Of a DNA stretch of 64,000 nucleotides, positions 7,839 to 17,965 are shown one piece after another; positions within the stretch are counted from its first letter, which is position 1, and each line of letters begins with the position of its first letter. The stretch is from Cyanobacteriota bacterium (GTDB taxonomy: Bacteria; Cyanobacteriota; Vampirovibrionia; Vampirovibrionales; Vampirovibrionaceae). Location of the stretch: the NCBI GenBank assembly GCA_019751815.1, contig JAIEMW010000001.1, positions 961,839 to 1,025,838 of the forward strand. Reading direction: 5' to 3'. The position numbers and the translations under genes are program-made. The notes under the pieces are model-generated. The model did no database searches and was not told where the DNA came from. It saw only the letters and a list, made by a program, of their open reading frames with translations.

Positions 7839-8375
7839 GTGATTCGAGAAAATGTTTCACTAATTTCGACTAAAATACCTGCTGTAACCCGCTTTGGCGC
7901 AAAGCCAACCGAGAGAGAGATGGAAAGCATTCGCGCCATGGCACTGAGCCACCCGCAACTGGGTGGTTGGGTTTCTCGCGGGCTCAGCGCACGGCATGTG
8001 ATGGTCAATCAGGGCTCTCACAAGAGAAATACACTAGCGCTTATTCGTTCCGGTGCTGAAACACTTTGGGATACGCTGCGGGTCCATTTTAATCTCTCTT
8101 CAGACGTCGCAGCGTGGAAACACAATCCGGTAGGGCTTGCTCCCATTGGCTGGCTACAATGGGTCCCCTTCAAGTCTCAGCAAGACTTAGAAAGCTTTGT
8201 CGGCCCCGTGGATACTTTTATAGTGACGAAACGGGTTGAATACAATCGTCGCCAACCAGAAGACCCCATTACCGTTGTCCTCGACAATAAAAATCTGATC
8301 CACTTTCACCCAAGGGGCCCGATTACCCCCAATGATAGTGGAAGTAAGACAGGGAAGAAATTAGGACTGGCTTAG
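7839..8375 (+). CDS. Hypothetical protein
   Basis: 178-aa ORF, GTG start after AAGGAAAAGG; no recognised family. Confidence 0.55.
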   Translation: MIRENVSLISTKIPAVTRFGAKPTEREMESIRAMALSHPQLGGWVSRGLSARHVMVNQGSHKRNTLALIRSGAETLWDTLRVHFNLSSDVAAWKHNPVGLAPIGWLQWVPFKSQQDLESFVGPVDTFIVTKRVEYNRRQPEDPITVVLDNKNLIHFHPRGPITPNDSGSKTGKKLGLA

Positions 8376-10616
8376 CTGACTGAGCAATAATCCGGTTTGC
8401 TTTGCGACGTCATTTCCTGTTGTCGAAAGCACTTGGGATGTCAGTCCGTCTTTAATCATTTGCAACTGGGTCAAAACGGCACTTCGAGTCGAAGAAGAAG
8501 CTTCAAAGGGTGAGGCTTGAAACACGCCCGCACGATCTGCCTTTTCAATCACACCCAGAATGTCACCCAACAATTGTTCTGCAGCCAAGCCCGCAGATTG
8601 TTGCATAGGCAGACTTTGCTGGGCATTGGCAATCACAGCAGATAAAAACTGGGGGTGTTGTGCTTGAAATGCCAGTAATGCGCTCAGCGCTCCAGCCGCA
8701 TCTTGGCTCTGTGTTAATTTATGCAGAATTTTGCGACGGACCAACAGCAACTGATACCGAAAGGGCTCAAAGTTTTCAGGCTGCAACAGCCCGGCGTGGA
8801 AGCGGGGATCGCTCACCAAGCGTTCACCCAATTGCTGGTGCACTTCCACGGGAAAATTCAGTAAAGACGAATGCTGCGTTAAGCCCTTCAAACAATCTCG
8901 GTAGGCTCGGTAAAGGATATTCTGCCAACGCAAGGGCACACTGCGAATTAGCCTGGACATAAGAGAACGGGGGTGCCGGGCACTGCGTCTAATTTCAGAC
9001 TCTAATAACGCTTCCCCGTCTACATGGTTTAGTGGCATATCGGGCACATCTAAGGCGATATTCAACAGATTTCCGGGTTTCGCCCCTTCTGTTAACGGTA
9101 GTGTGGCCACAGAGGGTTCAATAAAGGTATCTTTTGGATCGTGTGCAGCAACAATGGTGAGTGGCCTGGTTTGCATTTTTTTCTGAGTCAATTGTTCGAG
9201 TCCGGATTTAATTTTTCGCATCAACGGACTGCCCACTCTCATTTCAGGGACAGCGGGGCGCCCTTCTTGAAAATAGTGCCATAGGACCGGCATCAGGAAA
9301 AACCGCGTCAACCGTTCACTCTTAAACACATTTCGCTTCAAGATATCTTTTACCGCAATGCCCCAGGCCGGCATATCTGGAATCCCATTGACCGGGGCAC
9401 TAAACAGGGTGGCAATGCCCATAAACTGTCCGCCCAAATCTTCAGGCCCCATGTCAGGCAAATTTATGGGAGCCTTCCCTGATTTAGTCTGAGAGACCGC
9501 TTGCTGGCTATTTAATAGGGCACTGAGCAAGACAGTGCCCCCTTGACTATGCCCAAAGACCAAACCCTGAGGAGAAATCACTGCAATCAACGCTTGCGCA
9601 AACCGTGTCGCCCAAGCGTTACGTTCTGTTTCTATGGGTATTCTTGCGGCCATCGGAAGTTGGCTGAGTCTTTTGGCCAAGTGTGCTTCCAACCGGCCCA
9701 AACGCGCTTCCAATTCGGTCACATCCTGCAAGGTGATAGCCCGAATATTGACCACATCATTTTTGGACACCGGGTTTTTCATATCCATATTGATGGTTTT
9801 ACCCTGAACCAGGGCTTTGGTGTGCAGGCGGTATGAATCATAAATCGGAATGTCATAAATAGGACCGTCGTATATGGGGTTTTCTGAATCTGGAGAGAGC
9901 CCCAGTTTGCCCACCTCCACCATTAATTTTCCGACTGTCTTATCTAAAAACTGCCACAAGGGTTGTCGGGCCTCATCATCCAGAGACGAAGCAAATATCG
10001 GAGCAAGCATTGCCTGTTTCAGGACAGGCAGCACCTGTGCTTGGGCTTCAGGCAGAAGTTGAAAAACTCTGGCAATGGCGTTATCACGTTCTAGGGGGTC
10101 CATCTTTGTATCCAGCCAAAGCGTTCGAAGCGGTTTCAGGTTTCGGTAAGTCACCTGTGTTCTAAAATCCCCCATATCACGAATGGCGAGCTTGTAAGAA
10201 GGCATCACCCGGGACGGATCAGCAACGGTTTCGATTCCCAGCGCGTCTTTGACTTCCGGAATATACGACGAATAGGTTGGGTGTGTTGTTTCCACGCCGG
10301 AAATAAACTGCACGAGCGGCTTCCAATCCACACTGGTTGCAAACGTCCCGTGGAGAAAAAATACCGGGACCCCGGACGGCAGCATAATGTTTCGCAGTGA
10401 ATGGCCAGGCAGTTTCTGTATAGAGGGGTTGGCAGAAAACTGGAGCGCTTGTAATCGAACAAACTGGTCGCGGGTATTCCCATGAACAGTTCCGGGAGTA
10501 TTTCCTGGTTTTAAGGCGCGGGAGGATATCGTATTTGGCAATGTTGAGCCTGGAAATATTAAGCCTGGCAATGTGGACACAGGCTTATGCTGGCATATGA
10601 CGGGCGGCGATATCAA
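8361..10616 (-). CDS. Alpha/beta-hydrolase (lipase/esterase-like) with large insertions
   Basis: FFLHGT oxyanion motif, GHSQGG nucleophile elbow, and candidate catalytic Asp (DPKDTFI) and His (TQHSS). Confidence 0.75.
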   Translation of the reverse strand: MISPPVICQHKPVSTLPGLIFPGSTLPNTISSRALKPGNTPGTVHGNTRDQFVRLQALQFSANPSIQKLPGHSLRNIMLPSGVPVFFLHGTFATSVDWKPLVQFISGVETTHPTYSSYIPEVKDALGIETVADPSRVMPSYKLAIRDMGDFRTQVTYRNLKPLRTLWLDTKMDPLERDNAIARVFQLLPEAQAQVLPVLKQAMLAPIFASSLDDEARQPLWQFLDKTVGKLMVEVGKLGLSPDSENPIYDGPIYDIPIYDSYRLHTKALVQGKTINMDMKNPVSKNDVVNIRAITLQDVTELEARLGRLEAHLAKRLSQLPMAARIPIETERNAWATRFAQALIAVISPQGLVFGHSQGGTVLLSALLNSQQAVSQTKSGKAPINLPDMGPEDLGGQFMGIATLFSAPVNGIPDMPAWGIAVKDILKRNVFKSERLTRFFLMPVLWHYFQEGRPAVPEMRVGSPLMRKIKSGLEQLTQKKMQTRPLTIVAAHDPKDTFIEPSVATLPLTEGAKPGNLLNIALDVPDMPLNHVDGEALLESEIRRSARHPRSLMSRLIRSVPLRWQNILYRAYRDCLKGLTQHSSLLNFPVEVHQQLGERLVSDPRFHAGLLQPENFEPFRYQLLLVRRKILHKLTQSQDAAGALSALLAFQAQHPQFLSAVIANAQQSLPMQQSAGLAAEQLLGDILGVIEKADRAGVFQASPFEASSSTRSAVLTQLQMIKDGLTSQVLSTTGNDVAKQTGLLLSQLSQS

Positions 10617-10784
10617 AAGCGTTTTCCCCTAGAAGAACCCCTACAGTATAAATCCTAGATTCTAGACCCCAACCCCCGTATTATACGGAGGCCGTCTCGC
10701 CGTGACAATCACTCTGTTTCTCTCAAGAACAGGTTACAATAATGACGTACTTTTCCGTTTCAAGCGAGGGATTTCACACCGCTG

Positions 10785-11675
10785 ATGTCTCTGTCTTTAT
10801 TTAGACCCCAGACGCCCTATTTATATCTGACAGTTCCTTTGATGGTATTGACCGCCTTCTTCGCTCTACCTCTATTGTGGGCCGTGGGTATTAGCTTACA
10901 AGACTATAGCCAGGATCTATACCACCCCACTTGGGCTGGACTTTCAAATTATCAAAGGCTTTTCAGCACCCCTGGATTTTGGAAATCTCTGGGCTGTACT
11001 GCCTGGTTTGTTTTGGGTGTCCTTCCCCCGATGGTCTGCTTGCCTTTAGGTCTTGCCGTCTTAATGAACGGGACATTGAGAGGAATGACCCTGTTTCGCT
11101 TGGTGCTCTATCTGCCGGTGATTACCTCGATGGTGGTAGTGGGTATTGCCTGGAAATGGCTACTGGCCGATAACGGATTGATTAATTACGGCCTATCGCA
11201 GCTGCATCTCGGGCCTGTTCCCTGGCTGACCAGTCCAGATTTGGCGATGTGGTCCATTATTATGGTGGTGGTCTGGAAGGGTTCTGCCTATTACGCCATG
11301 ATGTATCTCGCCCATTTACAATCGCTGCCCAATGAGTTGTATCAGGCCGCCGAAATTGACGGTGCCTCATTCTGGCAGAAGCACTGGCATATCACACTCC
11401 CCCATTTACAACCCACCATTGCCATGGTGGCCACCATTTGTACGATTGCCGGGGTTAAAGTGTTTACTGAGCTAGTGGTGATGACCAAAGGCGGGCCGAT
11501 TGGCAGCACCCATTCGCTGGTTTATTTTATTTACGATGCCGCCTTTGAGCAGCTGGATCTGAGTCTGGCATGTGCGGCAGGTCTTGTACTGATGGGAATG
11601 CTGCTCGCACTGTCTCTGATTCAGCTGCGGTTAAAGCATTCAGCCAATACAGCATCAGAAAGTACGGCTAACTGA
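10785..11675 (+). CDS. Carbohydrate ABC transporter permease
   Basis: ELYQAAEIDGAS EAA loop, MTKGGP motif, multiple TM helices. Confidence 0.92.
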   Translation: MSLSLFRPQTPYLYLTVPLMVLTAFFALPLLWAVGISLQDYSQDLYHPTWAGLSNYQRLFSTPGFWKSLGCTAWFVLGVLPPMVCLPLGLAVLMNGTLRGMTLFRLVLYLPVITSMVVVGIAWKWLLADNGLINYGLSQLHLGPVPWLTSPDLAMWSIIMVVVWKGSAYYAMMYLAHLQSLPNELYQAAEIDGASFWQKHWHITLPHLQPTIAMVATICTIAGVKVFTELVVMTKGGPIGSTHSLVYFIYDAAFEQLDLSLACAAGLVLMGMLLALSLIQLRLKHSANTASESTAN

Positions 11676-12541
11676 TGCCAATCCTAACAAAACACCGCCT
11701 GCAATATGTCCTGCTGAGTCTGCTTAGCCTGCTGGCCGTTATCCCCTTTGTCTGGCTGCTTTCGACCGCGCTAAAAGCTTCTGATGAAAATATTTTTGCC
11801 TACCCGCCCCATTGGATTCCTGCGAAACCGACCTTCGATAATTTCCAGAGCGTCTGGAAGCAGGTACCTTTGGGTGCCTTTGTGCTGAATAGTTTGGTTG
11901 TCGGCGCGTTAACCGTGGTTTTTAATCTCACGTTTAGTACGCTTGCGGCCTATCCACTTGCTAGAATGAGTTTTCGTGGAGAAAAAGGCATCTGGATGGT
12001 GATTTTATCCACGATGATGCTGCCCTTTCAGGTGATTATGATCCCCCTCTACTTGATGATGCTTCACCTTGGGCTTGCAGATATTGCCGGAAGTTACAAT
12101 ACGGGATTAGAAGCCAGTGTTCGGACCTGGCTCGGCCAAGTTATCCCGTTTGTTATCAGCGGCTTTGGCATCTTTTTTGTACGTGATGCACTGGTCTCAC
12201 TGCCTCGGGATTTGGAAGAATCTGCTGTATTGGACGGATGCAACAGCTGGGATATTCTTTGGCGGATTCTGATTCCATTGATACGGCCTACACTGGCGAC
12301 GTTAGCTGTATTTAGTTTTATGGCCAGTTGGGGTGAGTTTCTCTGGCCCAGTATTTTGCTCTCTGAACCACAGCATTTCACACTCCCCTTGGGCCTTGTA
12401 CAGCTACAAAGTGCTTTTAGTGCCAATTGGCGTCTAATAGCTGCAGGTACCACCCTATCCATGCTTCCCATTATTGTGTTTTTTCTGTTGATGCAACGCT
12501 ATTTTGTGAGCACCGACGTCGGTAGCGGGGTTAAAGGGTAA
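11675..12541 (+). CDS. Carbohydrate ABC transporter permease
   Basis: DLEESAVLDGC EAA loop, WGEFLWP, C-terminal GVKG. Confidence 0.92.
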   Translation: MPILTKHRLQYVLLSLLSLLAVIPFVWLLSTALKASDENIFAYPPHWIPAKPTFDNFQSVWKQVPLGAFVLNSLVVGALTVVFNLTFSTLAAYPLARMSFRGEKGIWMVILSTMMLPFQVIMIPLYLMMLHLGLADIAGSYNTGLEASVRTWLGQVIPFVISGFGIFFVRDALVSLPRDLEESAVLDGCNSWDILWRILIPLIRPTLATLAVFSFMASWGEFLWPSILLSEPQHFTLPLGLVQLQSAFSANWRLIAAGTTLSMLPIIVFFLLMQRYFVSTDVGSGVKG

Positions 12542-12640
12542 CTGTTCAATACAAAGCAAATCACATCGTTATTCGGATGGCTTTGCGTTAGCATTGACTT
12601 TGCACCCAAGATATTTGAGAAAAAATAATTCGAGAGAGGA

Positions 12641-13447
12641 ATGCTAGCCATGCCAAATCACGAAAAACCGTCCCAAGAAAATACATCTGTCATCAATGTA
12701 TCTCGCCGAGATTTTTTAAAACAAGCCGCCCTATTGGGAGGAAGTGCTCTCACCTTGGGGACCCTCACCGCAAATCCACTACTGGCTGCTGAAAAGTCGT
12801 CAAACCCGACCGCAGTGATTCCCCCTTCTGCACCGGCTGGACCGCGTTACACGGCCAAAAATTTCAACCATCTCACCACTGGGCTTCCTGGAATGAGCGC
12901 GACCAGTATCCAAAACCACCTAAAGCTCTACGAAGGGTACGTCAAAAAAATCAATGAGATCCAAGACCAAATTGCGGGATTTAATGGCGACTTAGGCACT
13001 GTTAACGGGACCTATCACCCCTTTCGCGAACTTCACGTCGAACAAAGTTTCGCCCTGAATGCAACCGTTCTGCACGAATTGTATTTTGAGAATCTGGGCA
13101 GTGGGACAGAACCATCCAGCGACGTTCAAGCCCATTTTACGGAATGCTTTGGCGACTGGAAAACCTACACCACGCAACTCAATGCCCTCGGCAAATCGAT
13201 GCGCGGCTGGGTGATGACAGCCTATAACCTACGTGACGGCCGCATTCACAACTACGGCCTCGACATGCACAACACGCAAGTCCCGCTCAATGTATGCCCC
13301 CTCTTGGTATTGGATGTTTATGAGCATGCCTATTTTGGCGATTACGGCACCAACCGAGCAGGGTATCTCGACGCGTTCTTTAAAAATATTGACTGGACAA
13401 AAGTGGACGCCCGTCTCAAAGCCTCACTGCATCACCCAGTTGGTTAA
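12641..13447 (+). CDS. Fe/Mn superoxide dismutase family protein with Tat signal
   Basis: SRRDFLK twin-arginine motif. Metal-ligand motifs HLKLYEGYV, LHELYFENL and LDVYEHAY. Confidence 0.88.
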   Translation: MLAMPNHEKPSQENTSVINVSRRDFLKQAALLGGSALTLGTLTANPLLAAEKSSNPTAVIPPSAPAGPRYTAKNFNHLTTGLPGMSATSIQNHLKLYEGYVKKINEIQDQIAGFNGDLGTVNGTYHPFRELHVEQSFALNATVLHELYFENLGSGTEPSSDVQAHFTECFGDWKTYTTQLNALGKSMRGWVMTAYNLRDGRIHNYGLDMHNTQVPLNVCPLLVLDVYEHAYFGDYGTNRAGYLDAFFKNIDWTKVDARLKASLHHPVG

Positions 13448-13466
13448 TTCTTTCAATCGTCAAGAA

Positions 13467-13496
13467 AAAACCCCGCAGTTTTTTCTGCGGGGTTTT
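13467..13496. terminator. Bidirectional intrinsic terminator
   Basis: AAAACCCCGCAG-TTTTTT-CTGCGGGGTTTT. Confidence 0.85.
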
Positions 13497-13516
13497 ATCG
13501 TATTTATAGGCTGGGG

Positions 13517-15061
13517 TTAATTCCGCTTAATTCGGACTGTATAGGTAATACGGGTCTCTCCGTCTGCTGGAATCACCACCGGAAAAACAACCGTATGTGA
13601 ATCTACTTTTTTGAACGGATGCGAATTAGAGACCATCGTCCAGTCCCCAAACAAGTGGTCTGTTGACTCAATCGTCACGGGCGATTTTTTGTGATTGCGC
13701 AGAGAGACTTCGTAGGTTTCCTCTATAAATGACGATTCCTGACGGTAACGGCTGCGTTTTTTCTCGCCCACCAAATCAAACGCATCGCCGAGATACAGCT
13801 CAATTTTTTCATCCTTCGGCGTGTGATCAATCGCATCTTCGCCAATAAATTGCAAAGAACCTGAAGAATCAGCTTTATTCACACGTATTTTTCCCTTAGG
13901 TAACGGCATACCCAAATGATTTTGCTCACTGTTTTTTAGCGAAATCAGGGTATTCACTTTTTTATACGCCGCAGTGGACCAGGAATCTCCCGGGCGGCCG
14001 TAGTAGTTATATGTACCGTAATACCCATCCGACCAACCATTGCTCAGCCAGTTATGGTAAGAAATTCTATCGGGATCGTAAATATAGCGTTTGGTGATCG
14101 GAATTTGATTGGCGCTGACCAAACTCACTTGTTTGGTTTCGTTATTGGCCAGTGTGGTTCGGTCTTTTAGCGTATAGAGATGATACTCAAACAGGTCTTC
14201 TTGAGAGAATTGAGGTGCAGCAGCCTCATCAACGGCCATGCTAGATTTCATCATCAACCCACGGGCTTCTCTATAATTATTGGTTGGTTTTAATTTCCGG
14301 ACATCACCCGCCACTAGCTTTAGTTTGGCATTCTCGTATTTGGCACCCGTTTGGTTATCCACAGAAACCCATCCAGTGAGATCAAGGCTGTCATCATTGG
14401 GGCTAATCACAGCGACATAATCACAGCGCCAGGTGAGACCGTCTGTAATATAAGAAAGCTGTGTGTGATGGGTGCCACCAGAGCTGGATCCCAACTTCCA
14501 CATCAGGGTTGGTCTGGGATAAAGTCCGTCAGGCAGGGAGTCAACAATCACATCTCCCAAGGTGGTGAGTAGAATTCCCTCTTTGGTTTTAACGGCAAAT
14601 TCAGAAGTGGAAGTTTGAGAGTAATTATTTTCGTAACTCGCCCCGTTATAGTAGCTATTTCTCACGTAATTGGTGACAGGATTCAGCAGAATCCCCTCTT
14701 TTTCGGCACCGTCCTTACGAAAACGGATATTTTTTCCGACCATGCGGTCCAGAATATTACTTTTGGAAATCAGGTCATAGCGAAAATTCTGTTCAAGAAC
14801 AGTGACGCCCTGAGGCGCTGTCAGCGATTTAAAATGGACACTGGTCGGGTCAATTTTGGCAGCAACATCATCAAAAAAAACTGTGTTCAACCCGCCTTTT
14901 AGAGAGAGGTCACGGTAATCTTTCACCAACGCAAAATTTTGGTTATAGACAGTCACTTCAGGATTATCTGCCAAGACAGGTGTAAAATTTCCGAACACAG
15001 AAATAGTGAGTGCCAATAATAAAGAAGCAGAAAACATTTTTCTAGAAAGTATCGGTGGCAT
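13517..15061 (-). CDS. Secreted DUF4139-domain protein
   Basis: Signal peptide. VTVYNQNFALVKD, EQNFRYDL, LKLVAGDV, EYHLY, LGMPLPKG and IDHTPKDE motifs. Confidence 0.82.
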   Translation of the reverse strand: MPPILSRKMFSASLLLALTISVFGNFTPVLADNPEVTVYNQNFALVKDYRDLSLKGGLNTVFFDDVAAKIDPTSVHFKSLTAPQGVTVLEQNFRYDLISKSNILDRMVGKNIRFRKDGAEKEGILLNPVTNYVRNSYYNGASYENNYSQTSTSEFAVKTKEGILLTTLGDVIVDSLPDGLYPRPTLMWKLGSSSGGTHHTQLSYITDGLTWRCDYVAVISPNDDSLDLTGWVSVDNQTGAKYENAKLKLVAGDVRKLKPTNNYREARGLMMKSSMAVDEAAAPQFSQEDLFEYHLYTLKDRTTLANNETKQVSLVSANQIPITKRYIYDPDRISYHNWLSNGWSDGYYGTYNYYGRPGDSWSTAAYKKVNTLISLKNSEQNHLGMPLPKGKIRVNKADSSGSLQFIGEDAIDHTPKDEKIELYLGDAFDLVGEKKRSRYRQESSFIEETYEVSLRNHKKSPVTIESTDHLFGDWTMVSNSHPFKKVDSHTVVFPVVIPADGETRITYTVRIKRN

Positions 15062-15424
15062 ATTTATTCATATCCTTTCATGTCTTGATAAATACGATAC
15101 ACATAACCTCAAATACAGGGCCTCAAATACAGGCATTACAGCGTTTATCGAAATTGAGGATTATTTTAAACACCCAAGAATCGATCAGGTCAGAACTGAC
15201 AAAACCAAATTTAGAAGCCTTATTCAGCAAGCCCAGAAATTATCGCCCAGAAACAGTCGCTTTAAAAAGCAGCCCTTTCTGGCATCACCGGACGTCGCTG
15301 ATTTTGATTTTTTAACTTAGTCGCCCAGATGACAATTTTGTTCCGAGCAATTTTTTTCATCTGGTCTTTAAGCTATAATTTTGCTCATTCTAGTTCTAGT
15401 CAACATACTTCATAATGCACCTCT

Positions 15425-15500
15425 GGGGGTGTAGCTCAATTGGTAGAGCGTCGGTATCGCACGCCGAAGGCAGTGAGTTCGAATCTCATCACCTCCACCA
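15425..15500 (+). tRNA. tRNA-Ala(CGC)
   Basis: 76-nt cloverleaf, G3:U70 pair, anticodon arm TCGGT-AT-CGC-AC-GCCGA, GTTCGAA T-loop, encoded CCA. Confidence 0.95.
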
Positions 15501-15528
15501 GAATTAATCGGTTAATAAAAATAAGAAA

Positions 15529-15564
15529 AAAACCCTCTAGTTTCTTTGGATTCCAGAGGGTTTT
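15529..15564. terminator. Bidirectional terminator-like hairpin
   Basis: AAAACCCTCT...AGAGGGTTTT between the tRNA and a convergent CDS. Confidence 0.65.
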
Positions 15565-15594
15565 GTGTGTGTTAACAATACACAGATTCAGTTT

Positions 15595-17184
15595 TTAGGG
15601 CTGTTGAGCTTCTATTGTATCTGAGGACTCCTGAGTATTGGGATTGGTATTGTCTACAGAGTCAGAATTTGTCGAGGACACTGGGGCAGGGGTCACTTGC
15701 CCGTTATGTTGCCAACCGTTTTGGGCAGAATACGTTGTATTACCCTGATAGGAGGCGCCATTGGCTTTATTCACTTGAGAGGACTGAGTGAACGTTGCCC
15801 CTTGGGTAGGACTGCCTGTCAGCTCATTACTTCGAGTAAAAGAGCCTCCATTGGCATTGGTTCCGTTGGCGTCCAGGGTGCGTTTGTAGCTGCCGTCTGC
15901 ATTTCTACTGGCATCCACATCCCGGCTATACGTTCCCCCATTGGCTCCTTTCACGGTATAGTCATTGCTAAACGTGCGGTTTCCTTGCCCATCACTGGTG
16001 TAATCACGGTCATGGGTATACGTTCCACCTTTGGCATTTGTTCCGGTTGCATCAAGACTGCGCGTAACAGAACCATCTGGATTACGGGTGTAATCCTTAT
16101 CACGACTATACGTAGAACCATTGGCGCGAGTCACATCTGTATCCACAGATTTGGTGACTTTACCAGAGGCATCTTTGGAATAATCCACATCACGGCTGAC
16201 GGTTGTACCGTTAGGCTTAGTGACTTTTGTGTCCTTACTCCAGGTAGAGGCACCTGAGGGGTCTTTGGTCGCTTCCGTTTGCCTACTGGCCGTCGCGCCA
16301 TTAGGGCCTTTCCAGTCTGTATTGGCCTGACGCGTTGAAGTCCCATTGGCATCTTTATTGCCAGAGACGTTACGGTCATAGACTCCTCCATTTGGGCCTT
16401 GGCCAGAATGGTTTCGAGACCAACTTTTGCCATTATTATCGGCCTGTGTGTTATCTGAGTGCAGTACTCCGTTGGGTGTTTTCAAAGGTTTGGCTTCAGA
16501 GTCGTTAAGGGGTCGATCAAAACGCCCGTTAGGTCCGTCTTGAGGGCCTTGAAAACGAACACCTTCATTGGGGCCGTCTCCAAAACGTCCGCCTTCTCTA
16601 TTGCCAGGACGTCTACCTTCAGCATTACCAAAACGGCCAGCTTCAGGCCCTTCTGGTCCACCAAAACGACCACCTGGACCTTCTGGCCGACGTTGCCCAA
16701 AATGTCTACCATCACGACCCTCTGGACCGTTACTAAAATGACCGTTTCGGCCGCCACGGGCTGGTCCACCTTCGGGAACGTCAAAACGACCATTAATTCC
16801 ACCAGAGCCACCCTCTTGGGTCACACCAGGGCCGCCACTCTGAAATCCAGAGCTTGGTCTTCTAGACCCACCCTCTTGGAAAACGCCTGGGCCACCACTC
16901 TGAAAGCGACCGCCGCCAAAACCTTCGGCACGTCCGCCATTCCCAATTCGTGGACGAGCTTCAAAGCCGCCACCGCCTCCGCCCCCTAAACGGCCACCAC
17001 CGCCAAGACCAGCTGAACGTCCTGCACCTTGGAAGCCACCACCGCCTCCGCCACCAAAACGGCCACCACCGCCACGAGCTGCATCGGCAATAGGCGCTAG
17101 AGCAATAGCACAGGCTAACGAGAATGCCAACGCTACAGAAAACATCAATTGGGGTCTCATTGTTCGAGTCATCACAGCCTCCAA
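15595..17184 (-). CDS. Secreted Gly/Arg-rich low-complexity and 30-aa beta-repeat protein
   Basis: Signal peptide ending ADA, RFGG/GP-rich region, then about 8 repeats of 30 aa. Confidence 0.8.
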   Translation of the reverse strand: MEAVMTRTMRPQLMFSVALAFSLACAIALAPIADAARGGGGRFGGGGGGGFQGAGRSAGLGGGGRLGGGGGGGFEARPRIGNGGRAEGFGGGRFQSGGPGVFQEGGSRRPSSGFQSGGPGVTQEGGSGGINGRFDVPEGGPARGGRNGHFSNGPEGRDGRHFGQRRPEGPGGRFGGPEGPEAGRFGNAEGRRPGNREGGRFGDGPNEGVRFQGPQDGPNGRFDRPLNDSEAKPLKTPNGVLHSDNTQADNNGKSWSRNHSGQGPNGGVYDRNVSGNKDANGTSTRQANTDWKGPNGATASRQTEATKDPSGASTWSKDTKVTKPNGTTVSRDVDYSKDASGKVTKSVDTDVTRANGSTYSRDKDYTRNPDGSVTRSLDATGTNAKGGTYTHDRDYTSDGQGNRTFSNDYTVKGANGGTYSRDVDASRNADGSYKRTLDANGTNANGGSFTRSNELTGSPTQGATFTQSSQVNKANGASYQGNTTYSAQNGWQHNGQVTPAPVSSTNSDSVDNTNPNTQESSDTIEAQQP

Positions 17185-17406
17185 TAATTTTTAATTTATT
17201 AGATATAACAGAATCTTCAACTGATTATGGGGATTGATCATAGCCTAGGAAATAAATATAGAATCTCTTGACCCCATATTTATTGGCTATTTATGGTCTT
17301 ATTGATCCATTACGCGGAACACTAAAAGATAGTTTCACACAAACTTTGTCAGTATAAAAATAAGGCAGTCAACTGATTGACAGTGCCTAGAGTAGGTCAG
17401 TTGAGT

Positions 17407-17868
17407 CTATGAACTTTCCAACTTGGCCATATCTGCAATCGTGAGCAAGCACTCCAAGAGTCGATCAAGCTCTATGGGTTTATTCAACACATAGCTAAAT
17501 CCATGTAATGTCGCCTCGTGAGAGCGACTGACCTCATTGGGCAAAATCATCAACACAAAGGGCGGTAGTTTGCCCCCGCGCATCTCAACCAACTTTTTGG
17601 CCAGTGTAATCAGGGTGATACCATCGAGTTGTTGCATAGAAAGGCAACAAAAAACGGCATTAAAGACCTCTTGTCCGTCCATATAGCGCAGAGAATCTTT
17701 GGGAGAAGCAATGGTAACCACCTCAAATCCAAAACGTTCAAGCATTTTTTTAATGGTTGAGAGGTTAAATGCCACCTCATCAATCACCATTATCCGTTTC
17801 CCGACCCCAAAATTCTGGGGAATCGAATCGTAAGAAGTTGGAGACAATCCGTCAGACATTGATAGCAA
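17407..17868 (-). CDS. Single-domain response regulator (atypical receiver)
   Basis: RIMVIDE..., MQQLDG and KP motifs; the phosphoacceptor position reads AVFCCLSM. Confidence 0.8.
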   Translation of the reverse strand: MLSMSDGLSPTSYDSIPQNFGVGKRIMVIDEVAFNLSTIKKMLERFGFEVVTIASPKDSLRYMDGQEVFNAVFCCLSMQQLDGITLITLAKKLVEMRGGKLPPFVLMILPNEVSRSHEATLHGFSYVLNKPIELDRLLECLLTIADMAKLESS

Positions 17869-17965
17869 CCCTGTTAAAGACTTTGACCTAATTATACCAC
17901 TGGCTATTTAGTGCCAGACGATTGTACTATAGAAGACCCTTTGTATTAGAAAGACCCCTCAACCC

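Noticed and set aside
15006-15320. ORFs between the DUF4139 gene and tRNA-Ala
   Set aside because: They overlap the DUF4139 start and promoter and show no recognisable motifs.
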